DNA of 49,775 nt, from positions 1 through 49,775 of IMG/VR virus record IMGVR_UViG_3300048630_000721. One strand, 5' to 3'. The DNA is from a virus. Lineage: Duplodnaviria; Caudoviricetes. The translations under genes and the position numbers were made by a program. Positions 36,097 to 44,805 of this stretch are shown in pieces (within the stretch, counting starts at the first letter, position 1; each line of letters opens with the position of its first letter). A model generated the notes under the pieces. It was not told the DNA's origin and ran no database searches. It was given only the letters and a program-made list of their open reading frames with translations.

Positions 36097-36533
36097 ATTC
36101 GCGGCATCCACCGGCAATGTTCGTGGACTGCCACGCTCGAGTGATCTGACGAACAGAGCTTTAAATGGCGAATCGAAGCAGCGCGCCACCTCACCACGGA
36201 GAGAGGCTGAAGCACCTATGCCAACGTCAACACCGACATCGATCGCATTGCGAGCAGAAAGAACAAAAGAAAGTTCGGCGCCAGATTGCCTATTGCAAGA
36301 TACCCCTGAAAGCGTATTCAATGAATGAGTGCCTGAACAGAAGATCAGCACACATATATGTGCCTGGGCACAAAAACGGCGCGTCGTTAAACCCGTGGAA
36401 AGGAACGACGCGCCATTACTCGCGATCTCAGGAGATCGTCCGAGCACTGCGTTGATCCTGTCCCAGCCCTGTGGAAAAGTCAACGTCGACGGCCATCCTC
36501 CTTTGATCGATATGCAAGGAAGGAGGTCTTGAT

Positions 36534-36767
36534 TTGACAGTGAAGCTTTACCAACACCATGGCTACGAGATCGAGCTGACCGATGATGGTCACATCGTGA
36601 GCCTTCGCCGGATCTCGAGCCGAAGCGAACGTGTGTCGGCGCGTTTGTGGGTTGGGCGAGAAGAGGCGCACCACCTCGACCTGATCCTGGCTCGCCTCGA
36701 GTGGAATGTCCGCCAGGCCCTCGAAGAGCTTGACCGGACGATGAGCAACGCATACGATGCCTCATGA
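36534..36767 (+). CDS. Hypothetical protein
   Basis: AGGAGG SD; followed by an intrinsic terminator. Confidence 0.55.
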   Translation: MTVKLYQHHGYEIELTDDGHIVSLRRISSRSERVSARLWVGREEAHHLDLILARLEWNVRQALEELDRTMSNAYDAS

Positions 36768-36789
36768 TGTAACTCCTTAGTTGGGGTTG

Positions 36790-36830
36790 AGCCCCTGGCC
36801 TGTTCACAGCAGGCCGGGGGCTTTTTTATT
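36790..36830 (+). terminator. Intrinsic terminator
   Basis: AGCCCCTGGCCTG/CAGGCCGGGGGCT stem followed by TTTTTATT. Confidence 0.8.
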
Positions 36831-37095
36831 GCTGTCGAAGCTTGATTTCGACAACGCGACGACTCGTATCAACTGCAAACGAGTCAATGAGATTACGGGT
36901 CTTGGCTTCTCCTAACTGCTCGACCAACTCAGGGACGGTCATTTTTGCGTCTCGAGCCGCGTCGTCCAAATCACGAACAAGAGGCAGGACATCTGCCCCC
37001 TCAAAGCAGCAGCCAAGCAGCGCCTTACTAACGGCTGTCGGCGCATTTTCGAGCCTTTCGACGAGCAAGAGGAGCGCTTTGGAGTAAGCGATCAT
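36826..37095 (-). CDS. Hypothetical protein, first gene of the leftward early transcript
   Basis: GGAGG SD, ATG 37095, just downstream of an operator-bearing promoter. Confidence 0.6.
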   Translation of the reverse strand: MIAYSKALLLLVERLENAPTAVSKALLGCCFEGADVLPLVRDLDDAARDAKMTVPELVEQLGEAKTRNLIDSFAVDTSRRVVEIKLRQQ

Positions 37096-37105
37096 AAGCA
37101 CCTCC

Positions 37106-37149
37106 ATTACTTAGGGTGAAAGGCTATTACTGTGAGGAATTAATTTCAA
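37106..37149 (-). promoter_or_regulatory. Leftward early promoter with operator(s)
   Basis: TTGAAA-N17-TAGCCT; ATTACTGTGAGGAAT (37126-37140) lies in the spacer; weaker copy at 37106-37120. Confidence 0.7.
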
Positions 37150-37162
37150 GGCAATTTGGCGC

Positions 37163-37190
37163 AAAAAAATCCCAGCAGTGCTGAGATTTT
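37163..37190 (-). terminator. Intrinsic terminator after the repressor gene
   Basis: ATCTCAGC/GCTGGGAT stem followed by a T-run on the minus strand. Confidence 0.65.
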
Positions 37191-37215
37191 GTCGCTCGCC
37201 CAGTTGTCGCTGACT

Positions 37216-37590
37216 TTAGTTGAAGGCGCTATATAGCTCGGCTGCTATTCGATTTCTCTCGGCATCACTTACCTCTTCGCCCTTGGATGCCTCTTCTGCC
37301 TCCACAGCTCGCACAAGGACTCGCGCCAGTCCCATGACTGCCACGATATCCTTTCCGGCTTCATCGCAAGCCTTCAAATAGAGATCGAAGTTTGGCGTCA
37401 TGCCTTTCTCAAGCTTTCGGTAGCCTGCCTGGCTCATCTCGAGCTTCTCGCCGAAGGCTTCCTGCGAAAGACCCAAGTCATTCCTTACCTGACTTAATAT
37501 CCAGCCGAGAGCCCAACGGTATAGCTCGGGAGGGTTTTTGACTTGTGCTGACATAAGCTCGCTCATGCTTAGGACTGGTGCGGCGGACAT
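37216..37590 (-). CDS. XRE-family HTH repressor (cI-like, no S24 peptidase domain)
   Basis: VRNDLGLSQEAFGEKLEMSQAGYRKLEKG; AAGGAGG SD; flanked by operators. Confidence 0.85.
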   Translation of the reverse strand: MSAAPVLSMSELMSAQVKNPPELYRWALGWILSQVRNDLGLSQEAFGEKLEMSQAGYRKLEKGMTPNFDLYLKACDEAGKDIVAVMGLARVLVRAVEAEEASKGEEVSDAERNRIAAELYSAFN

Positions 37591-37664
37591 AGAAGTGCCT
37601 CCTTTGGATGTATTGCCTACGCCTCGGCTGTCAACAACAAGTATGAACACCCACCGACCCAAAA

Positions 37665-37732
37665 ACAACTGTCAGTAATAAAAAACACTTGACCCTCATC
37701 TCTCTCGGTGTAGATTGATTACTGTGAGTAAT
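37665..37732 (+). promoter_or_regulatory. Rightward early promoter with two operators
   Basis: TTGACC-N16-TAGATT (37689-37716); perfect ATTACT-GTG-AGTAAT at 37718-37732; ACAACT-GTC-AGTAAT at 37665-37679. Confidence 0.72.
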
Positions 37733-37755
37733 AAACACTTACCACAGGAAATCTG

Positions 37756-38244
37756 ATGAGCGTCATCGAAACAGACATCCCCGAGCAACCCCTCTACCCC
37801 AAGCACGATACGTGCCCCGACTGCGGCTGCACCAAGCGTCGCGGTCAGGACTGCCGCACGAAGACGTGCCCGAGCAACCAGCCCTCAGCGCTCGAGCGAC
37901 TCGAGGCGATGGCCGAGCTGGTCGCGACCAGGGGTAGCGGGCGCATCTCCGACGAGAAGGCCGCCGCGCTCGCGAAGCACATGTGGCTCGACCGCGACGG
38001 CAACAAGGAGCGTGTCTACGAAGTGAAGGTGGGTCGCTACTGGCTCTACCTGCGACACGACCTCTTCTTCGGCGCTGGCTTTGTCTGGGTCGAGACCGTC
38101 AACCAACGCACGAAGCGTCAGCTCCAGAGCGCCGTCGACGAGATGGAACGCCAGGAGAAGGCGCGCCTCGCCCGCAAGCCCGCCACCAAACCACAACAAC
38201 CAGCCGGGGAACTCGAGTACGTCGCGCTCCCCCACGTCGCGTGA
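37756..38244 (+). CDS. Hypothetical protein with N-terminal Cys cluster
   Basis: First ORF after the promoter; CPDCGC...C...C. Confidence 0.75.
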   Translation: MSVIETDIPEQPLYPKHDTCPDCGCTKRRGQDCRTKTCPSNQPSALERLEAMAELVATRGSGRISDEKAAALAKHMWLDRDGNKERVYEVKVGRYWLYLRHDLFFGAGFVWVETVNQRTKRQLQSAVDEMERQEKARLARKPATKPQQPAGELEYVALPHVA

Positions 38245-38253
38245 GGTAGGCAG

Positions 38254-38517
38254 ATGAGCAAGCTCACCAAACAGCAGAAGCGATGCCTCCAACGCGGCCT
38301 CTCCGAGCAGGAGAGCGTGGTGATGTGTCGCAACTTCGTCGGCGAGCGTGAGGCAGACGAGCTGACCTCCGTCTTGCAGCTCGAGGACTGCGGTCACTGC
38401 GACGGCACCGGGCGGGACACCTGGGCAGGCGAGGAAATCTACTGCCACGTCTGCGAGGGCTACGGGCAGCTCACGCCCGAGCGCGCCATGAAGTTGAGGA
38501 TCGCGAAAGCAAGTTGA
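38254..38517 (+). CDS. Small DnaJ-type Zn-finger protein
   Basis: CGHCDGTG and CHVCEGYG. Confidence 0.75.
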   Translation: MSKLTKQQKRCLQRGLSEQESVVMCRNFVGEREADELTSVLQLEDCGHCDGTGRDTWAGEEIYCHVCEGYGQLTPERAMKLRIAKAS

Positions 38518-38736
38518 GGAAGCGCCAGCCCATCGCTCCTCACCACCCACAATGGACGGAGCAAGAGGCTGGCGGGGCACGGCTGGGAGGCGACCACCCT
38601 CACCTACCCAGCGGCTCGACACCGGGCCTGGAAGGATGGCCAAGGACGAGCACCCACACAAGGAGGGCAGCGGCGAGAGCCACGAGGTGGACGGTGTGAC
38701 GACCTCCTGAGGAAGACCTCATCACATTCCGAAAAG

Positions 38737-38818
38737 AGCGACGCGACGCACAAGGAAGCGTGCGCGCTGGCAAGCCTGTCGAGGTCAGCCGGTCGGGGGT
38801 CAAAGCCCGGCGTCGCTT
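38737..38818 (+). ncRNA. tRNA-like cloverleaf (non-canonical)
   Basis: AGCGACG/CGTCGCT closing stem; CGCAC/GTGCG, GCTGGC/GTCAGC and TCGGG/CCCGG arms; no TTC T-loop, no CCA, 12-nt middle loop. Confidence 0.5.
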
Positions 38819-38854
38819 TGGGCAACGAAGCCCACACAAAGCAAGGAGCGAGAG

Positions 38855-39109
38855 ATGAAAGCAAAACACGTCAGAAAAGGATGCTTCGTGAAGGCGAAGG
38901 GGAGGATTCCCGAAGAGGGCGAGATCGTCGACCCCGAGCAGGTCGGCAAGGTGCTCCAGAACGTCAGCGGCGTCAGCTACCTCGAGCCCGAGCACCGAGA
39001 CAAGGAGGTGCTCCTGGTCGACCTCCCCAACGGCTCGTCCCGCCACTGGGTCTTTGACCCCGAGCAGGCCGTCGAGGTGTACGGCGTCGACATCCGGGAG
39101 GCCGCGTGA
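38855..39109 (+). CDS. Hypothetical protein
   Basis: AAGGAG SD; coupled to the next gene. Confidence 0.7.
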   Translation: MKAKHVRKGCFVKAKGRIPEEGEIVDPEQVGKVLQNVSGVSYLEPEHRDKEVLLVDLPNGSSRHWVFDPEQAVEVYGVDIREAA

Positions 39110-39333
39110 AGCTGACAGACGAACAACGCCACACCCGCCGACTCGTCCGTCGGGTGCTCGAGGAACTTGGCGAGGGCGCCGACGTGCTCCCCGCGCTCGA
39201 GGACGAGGAACTTCGAGGCGCGGTGCTCGGGATGCTCCGCGAGGGCGTCAGGGCGAGTGATCGCCTCGACGAACTCGAAGCGAGGCACGGGCTCGAGGAG
39301 TGGGCAGAAGCCGCCGAGGAGACGAGACATTGA
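39106..39333 (+). CDS. Hypothetical protein
   Basis: GTGA coupling, GGAGG SD. Confidence 0.65.
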   Translation: MKLTDEQRHTRRLVRRVLEELGEGADVLPALEDEELRGAVLGMLREGVRASDRLDELEARHGLEEWAEAAEETRH

Positions 39334-39593
39334 AGCACGCACCACCCTACCCCGAGACGACGCTTCGACGCGACCCAGTGAAGGAACTCGCGAGGCTACG
39401 CGCCCGGCTCATCATCGCCAGCAGGCGCTACAGCGAATGGTTCGATCGGGAGATGGCAACACGCGATGAGGAAGGGCTGATCTGGCTGTCGGTCGACGCG
39501 ATCGAGCAGCGGGCGGCGCTGGGGATACCGAAGTTGGAAGAGGAAATCGAGAAGCTGCACGAGCAGCTCGGCAAAGGAGACGAGAGGATATGA
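39330..39593 (+). CDS. Hypothetical coiled-coil protein
   Basis: TTGA overlap with the previous gene, ATGA with the next. Confidence 0.55.
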   Translation: MKHAPPYPETTLRRDPVKELARLRARLIIASRRYSEWFDREMATRDEEGLIWLSVDAIEQRAALGIPKLEEEIEKLHEQLGKGDERI

Positions 39594-40999
39594 GCGAGCA
39601 AGAGGACAAGAACAACGTGATCGACTTCACCGCGAGCCAGAGGCCGCTGGCGGTCAAGATGGCGGAGATCCTCGGCGAGGTCGGCAACGTCCCCAAGAAC
39701 GGGCGCAACGACTTCCACGGGTACGACTACATCCAGGAGAGCGATCTCGTCGACCACCTCCGAAGCAAGCTGGCGAAGGCGGGCATCGCGATCTTCCCGA
39801 GCATTCGAGAGCACGTCGTCACCCAGGTCCAGGACGCGCGCAGTCGCATCCAGTACATGGCGACTGTCACGCTCGACGTGACGTTTATCGACGGCGACAC
39901 CGGCGACAAGATGACGACGACGTGGGTCGGTCAGGGCGTCGATGCGGGCGACAAGTCCTACTACAAGGCATACACCGGCGCGTTCAAATACGCCTTGCTC
40001 AAGACGTTCATGGTTTCGACGGGTGATGATCCCGAGCTCGACCAGATCCCCGCGCCCAAGAGCATCGCGCTCGGGCAGTCCGCCGAGGAGAAGGCAGCGC
40101 ATCGCGACGCGCTCCTGTTGACGCAGCTCGTCGACGAGGTGAAGCGCCTTGTCGGTGACGAGAAGCGCAAGGCGTGGCAGCGCGCGTTTATCGATCGCCT
40201 CGGCCTGGGTGATGGCGCGGACATGTTTGATGTCGAGCCCGCCGCGCTCCGCAAAGCCTACGGCTACATCACGCACCATGACGAGGACGAGAAGCGCCGC
40301 GAGCGCGTCCTGAAGATCCTCGAAGAGAGCGCGCCCGCCAACGAAGACACGCCCGTCGAGGAGAAGGGGAAGCAGCTCGCCGCCAAATCGGAGGCCGCGA
40401 GGAAGCAGCGCCTCGAAGACAAGCGCGAGGATCGCCAGGGGGAGTTCTTCGGGCTGCTGAACGAGGCGGTCGGCGAGGCACAGGCCGACAGGTTCGCGGT
40501 GCTCTACGTGGCGAGGATGACCGAGACGCGCGGCGGCAAGGACCACTACACGATCGCAGACATCGAGGTGCAAAAGATCGCCGCGATGTGTCGCAAGCTC
40601 AAGGGCATGAACGTCGAGACGCGCGCGAACTACATCGAGCACGTCATCGCGGACCAGACTGGCGAGATCGACCAGGCCGACGAAGCCGAGATCGACGCTG
40701 CGCTCGAGGAGCAGGACAACGAGCGCTGGCTCGAAGCCAACAAGACGTGGTGGGCCGCTGCCAACGAGCCCTTCCTTCGCGGCGTCGCTGACCTCGAGGA
40801 GAAGCAGGCGAAGCAACTCCGCAAAGAAGCCAAGGTCATCACCGAGAAGTTCCGCGCGATGCAGCTCGACTCGTGGGGCGTCGCATCGAGCAGGGAACTG
40901 ACGCTCGAGGAGTACGAGCAGAAGGCGCAGCGCCTCGCAGACATCCCCGTCGATGCTCGCGAAGAGTTCATCCGAGACATCATCGCGAAGGCCGACTGA
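39590..40999 (+). CDS. erf: ERF-family single-strand annealing protein with long helical C-terminus
   Basis: VPKNGRNDFHGYDY, GQGVDAGDK..YKAYTGAFKYAL..F.VSTGDDPE. Confidence 0.88.
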   Translation: MSEQEDKNNVIDFTASQRPLAVKMAEILGEVGNVPKNGRNDFHGYDYIQESDLVDHLRSKLAKAGIAIFPSIREHVVTQVQDARSRIQYMATVTLDVTFIDGDTGDKMTTTWVGQGVDAGDKSYYKAYTGAFKYALLKTFMVSTGDDPELDQIPAPKSIALGQSAEEKAAHRDALLLTQLVDEVKRLVGDEKRKAWQRAFIDRLGLGDGADMFDVEPAALRKAYGYITHHDEDEKRRERVLKILEESAPANEDTPVEEKGKQLAAKSEAARKQRLEDKREDRQGEFFGLLNEAVGEAQADRFAVLYVARMTETRGGKDHYTIADIEVQKIAAMCRKLKGMNVETRANYIEHVIADQTGEIDQADEAEIDAALEEQDNERWLEANKTWWAAANEPFLRGVADLEEKQAKQLRKEAKVITEKFRAMQLDSWGVASSRELTLEEYEQKAQRLADIPVDAREEFIRDIIAKAD

Positions 41000-41054
41000 C
41001 CGCAACCCAACGACTTTTTGAGGTCGCCAGGGAGGCGGCCAGGAGGAACACACG

Positions 41055-42299
41055 ATGGAGTTCACACCAGAGAACGTCGAGGTCGACGGCCTCACCTTCA
41101 CCTACTGCACGCACGAGGGCGAGCGGCACTGGACCCTGAAGGATCTCGCGCTCGCAAACATCCCGCTCCGTACCAACCAGTTTACCTCGAGCGACGTGCT
41201 CGACACGCGACCGAAGATGGTCCGCGAAGGCGCCCTCGCAGATTGGGCAGAGAGCACCAGGGCGAAGAGCGGGAAGCGTCTGCTCGTCTGGCTCGCGTCG
41301 GTCCGCGCCGCGCTCGAAGGCGTCGAGGCCACTGGCGCCGTCGAAGGACTGCGTCGCTGCTCGACCACCGAGACGATCAAGGCTCGCGAGGAGCGCGCAG
41401 ACGGTCAGCAAGAACTCGGCTACACCACGATCGAGTGGGAACACTTCGCCTACCGTGGCGAGGACGCGACCGGGATCTCGCTGCGGGCGATGGTCGACGC
41501 TGGCCTGTACGCCGAGATGCGCTACGCAGTCGACGCCCTCGCACGCGCTGACATCATTTCTACGGTGGTCACCGCAGAAAGTGCATCGGGCCGCCCGAGA
41601 GAAGATCACATCCTGTCGCTCAAAGACGCCCAACGCTTCGCGGCACGAACCCGAACTCCCGTCGGCGAGCGCATCCTCGACCTTATCATCGAGCACCACG
41701 CCGACTTTCAACGTCTGCTCGCCGGTGACGAAGAGGTCGCCGAGAAGGTCCGCGAGCACCAGGAGGCGACAGGCGCGCTCGAGCAAGACCCCATCCTGGG
41801 TCAGCTCGAAGCCTTGAAGCAAAACCGCCTCGCCATCCTCGAGCAGAACAGGCGCCTCGAACAGCTCGAGCAGCGCGCGAGGAGGTACGAGGAGCGGTCG
41901 GAGAAGCACGCGCTCATGGTCGAGGCCATCGCCGAGTCGCTCGACCAGTCGCTCAAGCCAGGAGAGCGCAGCGCGGAGTCGCTCGCGAGGATGGCGGGCT
42001 GGAAGACCAAGAACGGCAACTTCCACGCGGGCGCGGTCCACCTGATCCGCAAGCTCGAAGGCTGCCAGCTCGGCGAGCACTATCGTCTGCAAAAGCACTG
42101 GGACGAGATGAGCGGCCAGGTCGTCGACACACACGTCTACCTCCCCGCGTTCGTCACCAACTTTCGCGAGGCGTGGCGAGAGCAGTACCAGAACGGCGCC
42201 AAAGAGTTCTACATCGCCAACCCGCATGGTCCGGGCGCTCACGTTCACGCGACGAAGTTCCACCACCAGGGCCGCGAGCAAGCGGAGGTGGGGCAATGA
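41055..42299 (+). CDS. Antirepressor-like protein (AntA/AntB-like segment + coiled coil)
   Basis: GRPREDHILSLKDAQRFAARTRTPVGERILDLIIE resembles the AntA motif; AGGAGG SD. Confidence 0.65.
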   Translation: MEFTPENVEVDGLTFTYCTHEGERHWTLKDLALANIPLRTNQFTSSDVLDTRPKMVREGALADWAESTRAKSGKRLLVWLASVRAALEGVEATGAVEGLRRCSTTETIKAREERADGQQELGYTTIEWEHFAYRGEDATGISLRAMVDAGLYAEMRYAVDALARADIISTVVTAESASGRPREDHILSLKDAQRFAARTRTPVGERILDLIIEHHADFQRLLAGDEEVAEKVREHQEATGALEQDPILGQLEALKQNRLAILEQNRRLEQLEQRARRYEERSEKHALMVEAIAESLDQSLKPGERSAESLARMAGWKTKNGNFHAGAVHLIRKLEGCQLGEHYRLQKHWDEMSGQVVDTHVYLPAFVTNFREAWREQYQNGAKEFYIANPHGPGAHVHATKFHHQGREQAEVGQ

Positions 42300-42604
42300 G
42301 CGAATACGAAGAACATTCGGGCGATGAAATCAAGTGCCCCTATTGCGGCGTAGTCAACACCGATTCGTGGGAGCACGACAGTGAGCGCATATACGAGTGC
42401 GAGAACTGCTGGATTCCGTCGAAGCTGGAGGTGGACATCTCCGTCACCTACACCACGACGCCATTCGCCGAGATTCTCGAGGACGAGATCGAAGATCTGG
42501 AGAAGCGTCTTCGTGAGGGCAAGCCCTCTGGAAACACTGAGCTCATCTACGCTGAACGCATCGCCAAGCTAAAGGCAACGCTCGCCAAGCTGGAGGTGTC
42601 GTGA
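42296..42604 (+). CDS. Zn-ribbon hypothetical protein
   Basis: KCPYCG...ECENC. Confidence 0.75.
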   Translation: MSEYEEHSGDEIKCPYCGVVNTDSWEHDSERIYECENCWIPSKLEVDISVTYTTTPFAEILEDEIEDLEKRLREGKPSGNTELIYAERIAKLKATLAKLEVS

Positions 42605-43056
42605 TGCCGATCGATGCCAAGTGGGCAACGCTCTACCCCGACAACTGGGACGAGATCAGCGAGGAGATTCGCGAGCAGGTGAAGTGCTGCGAGTGGTGCG
42701 GCGCTCCCAACCGCGAGACGATCGTTCGGCTCGTGGATGGCGCTGGCGAATGGGCGGTCATGGATGAGGATCTCGCCTACGTGTTCGGCCAGGAGGACTG
42801 TTGGCGTGACGCCAACGGCCAGCCCATCGCGGTGTCCTACGAGGACTCCGACGACCTGAAGGCGCTCGAGGTCGTGCTGACCGTGGCACACCTCGACCAA
42901 GACCCGCGCAACTGCGACCGAGAGAACCTCCGCGCGCTTTGCCAGCGGTGCCACCTCACCCACGACAAGCAGCCCGAGCAACGGCGCCGACGCGAGATGC
43001 TCCGCGCCGAGCTGCTCGACGGACAGGAGAACCTGTTCGGGGAGGTGGGCCAGTGA
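42604..43056 (+). CDS. HNH-like endonuclease-fold protein
   Basis: CEWCG...LTVAHLDQDPRNC...NLRALCQRCHLTHD. Confidence 0.8.
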   Translation: MPIDAKWATLYPDNWDEISEEIREQVKCCEWCGAPNRETIVRLVDGAGEWAVMDEDLAYVFGQEDCWRDANGQPIAVSYEDSDDLKALEVVLTVAHLDQDPRNCDRENLRALCQRCHLTHDKQPEQRRRREMLRAELLDGQENLFGEVGQ

Positions 43057-43253
43057 GGAAGACCACCTTTCAATGGGCCGGGTACACCTGCAACGTCTGG
43101 CGTCGACGCTGGACGAAGCGATGGGGTTGGGAGGTCTGCTACGGCGAGATCCGCATCGACAGCGGCGCCAGGGCGAGTTGGGCTGACGCGATGCGAGCAG
43201 CGACCGACCGCGCCGCGGAGATCGCTCGGTGGGAGCGAGGGGGTGCGGCATGA
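43053..43253 (+). CDS. Small Trp-rich hypothetical protein
   Basis: GTGA/ATGA coupling, GGAGG SD. Confidence 0.55.
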   Translation: MRKTTFQWAGYTCNVWRRRWTKRWGWEVCYGEIRIDSGARASWADAMRAATDRAAEIARWERGGAA

Positions 43254-44065
43254 CCCTCTCTCACTCCCAAAGATGGGTGGAGCGCAACGGCGTCTGGGTG
43301 CCCGAGCACCACGTCTGCGACGTGAAGAAGCTCGAGGTCGCCGTCATCCCCGATGACACCACGGCCAAGGCGTTCGTTTGCGAGCACCACTACAGCGGCA
43401 GCTATCCGGCAGCGCGTCTTCGCGTCGGCCTGTACGAAGCAGGAGAGCTTGTCGGCGTCGCGGTCTACTCGACGCCGAGCAACCAAAGCGTGATCCCGTG
43501 CTGGGCAGATCGGCCAGCGGAGGAAGGGGTCGAGCTCGGGCGGTTCGTCTTGCTCGATCGCGTCGGCTTCAACGCGGAGTCGTGGTTCTGGTCGCGAGCG
43601 CGCCGCATGGTTCGTCGTCACCTCCCCGATGTCGGCGTGATCCTCGCGTACTCCGACCCGATCGCCAGGGAGACGCTCGACGGCGAGGTCGTGTTACCCG
43701 GTCACGTCGGGACCATCTATCAGGCAACAAACGGCGCTTATCTGGGTCGCGCCACGGCCAGGACGCTCTACCTCGACGTGTGGGGTCGCGTCGTTTCGCC
43801 GCGTTCGATCAGCAAGATCCTCGGCGGTGAACGCGGCGAGGCTTACGCCACGGCGCAGCTCGAGGAGGCGACGAAGACAAAACAGCGCGATGGCGAGAGC
43901 AAGCGCCAGTGGGTGGAGCGCGCGAAGCGCCAACTCCGCAAGGTCAGACACACCGGCAACCACGTCTACCTCTGGGGCGTCACCAAGCGCGACGCAGTGC
44001 CAGCGAGCAAGACCTACCCGAAGCAAGCGGATCCGGTGCAACTCGGCTTGTTGGAGGTGGCGTGA
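43250..44065 (+). CDS. Mom-family (GNAT-fold) DNA adenine modification enzyme
   Basis: F..EHHYS, LVGVAVY..P, ELGRFVL, NAESWF, ILAYSDP, GHVGTIYQATN..YLG. Confidence 0.85.
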   Translation: MTLSHSQRWVERNGVWVPEHHVCDVKKLEVAVIPDDTTAKAFVCEHHYSGSYPAARLRVGLYEAGELVGVAVYSTPSNQSVIPCWADRPAEEGVELGRFVLLDRVGFNAESWFWSRARRMVRRHLPDVGVILAYSDPIARETLDGEVVLPGHVGTIYQATNGAYLGRATARTLYLDVWGRVVSPRSISKILGGERGEAYATAQLEEATKTKQRDGESKRQWVERAKRQLRKVRHTGNHVYLWGVTKRDAVPASKTYPKQADPVQLGLLEVA

Positions 44066-44805
44066 TGAGACCTCTTCTCTCTTACTACGGGTCGAAGTGG
44101 CGCTTGACGCGAGCGGGTCATTACCCGCCGCCCATCCACGGGCGCATCATCGAACCTTTCGCCGGTGGCGCTGGCTACTCGCAAAAATACGCGGACCTCG
44201 AGGTCACGCTCATCGATGCCTATGAGCCGCTGGTGCAAGCGTGGCAATACCTCATCGGGGCATCACGCGCCGAGTTGCTCGCGCTGCCCCTGCTCGCTCC
44301 AGGCGAGACGGTCGACGAGCACACATGGCCATGCGAGGGCGCGCGCTACATGGTGGGCTACTGGCTCAACCCTGGATGCGCCTACCCCTGCAAGCAACTC
44401 TCGAGCTTCGCCGACTACGGCAAGAGTTCTGTGTGGTGTGAAGAGACCCGCGCCAGCGTGGCCGATCTCGCCGAGCGCGTGCGCCATTGGGAGGTGATTC
44501 ACGGCGACTACAGCGACGCCCCCGATGTGGAGGCGACTTGGTTCGTTGACCCGCCCTACCAGGGGCGCGCTGGCACACACTACAAGCACGGATCGGAGAA
44601 GCTCGATTACGCGGAACTCGGTGAATGGTGCCAGGGCCTTCTCGGGCAAGTGATCGTGTGTGAGTCGGACGCGGCGACCTGGCTGCCCTTCGAGCCACTG
44701 GTGACGCAATCAGGGACGCGAGGTTACTCCAAGGAGGTCATCTACCTCCAGGGAGAGCAAGGCGGACAGCAACGGCTGTTTGGCGCCGAGGAGGTCGAGC
44801 GATGA
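44065..44805 (+). CDS. DNA adenine methyltransferase (Dam/D12-like)
   Basis: YYGSKWR, EPFAGGAG, FVDPPY. Confidence 0.88.
   Translation: MRPLLSYYGSKWRLTRAGHYPPPIHGRIIEPFAGGAGYSQKYADLEVTLIDAYEPLVQAWQYLIGASRAELLALPLLAPGETVDEHTWPCEGARYMVGYWLNPGCAYPCKQLSSFADYGKSSVWCEETRASVADLAERVRHWEVIHGDYSDAPDVEATWFVDPPYQGRAGTHYKHGSEKLDYAELGEWCQGLLGQVIVCESDAATWLPFEPLVTQSGTRGYSKEVIYLQGEQGGQQRLFGAEEVER

Noticed and set aside
38615-38621. CTCGACA as antisense target of the cloverleaf loop TGTCGAG
   Set aside because: Only 7 nt and built on TCGA, which is very common here; not distinguishable from chance.
38737-38818. Canonical tRNA gene
   Set aside because: Lacks the TTC T-loop, a 7-nt anticodon loop and CCA; kept only as tRNA-like.
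39428-42296. Long minus-strand ORFs of 557 and 438 aa
   Set aside because: Antisense shadows of the ERF and antirepressor genes.
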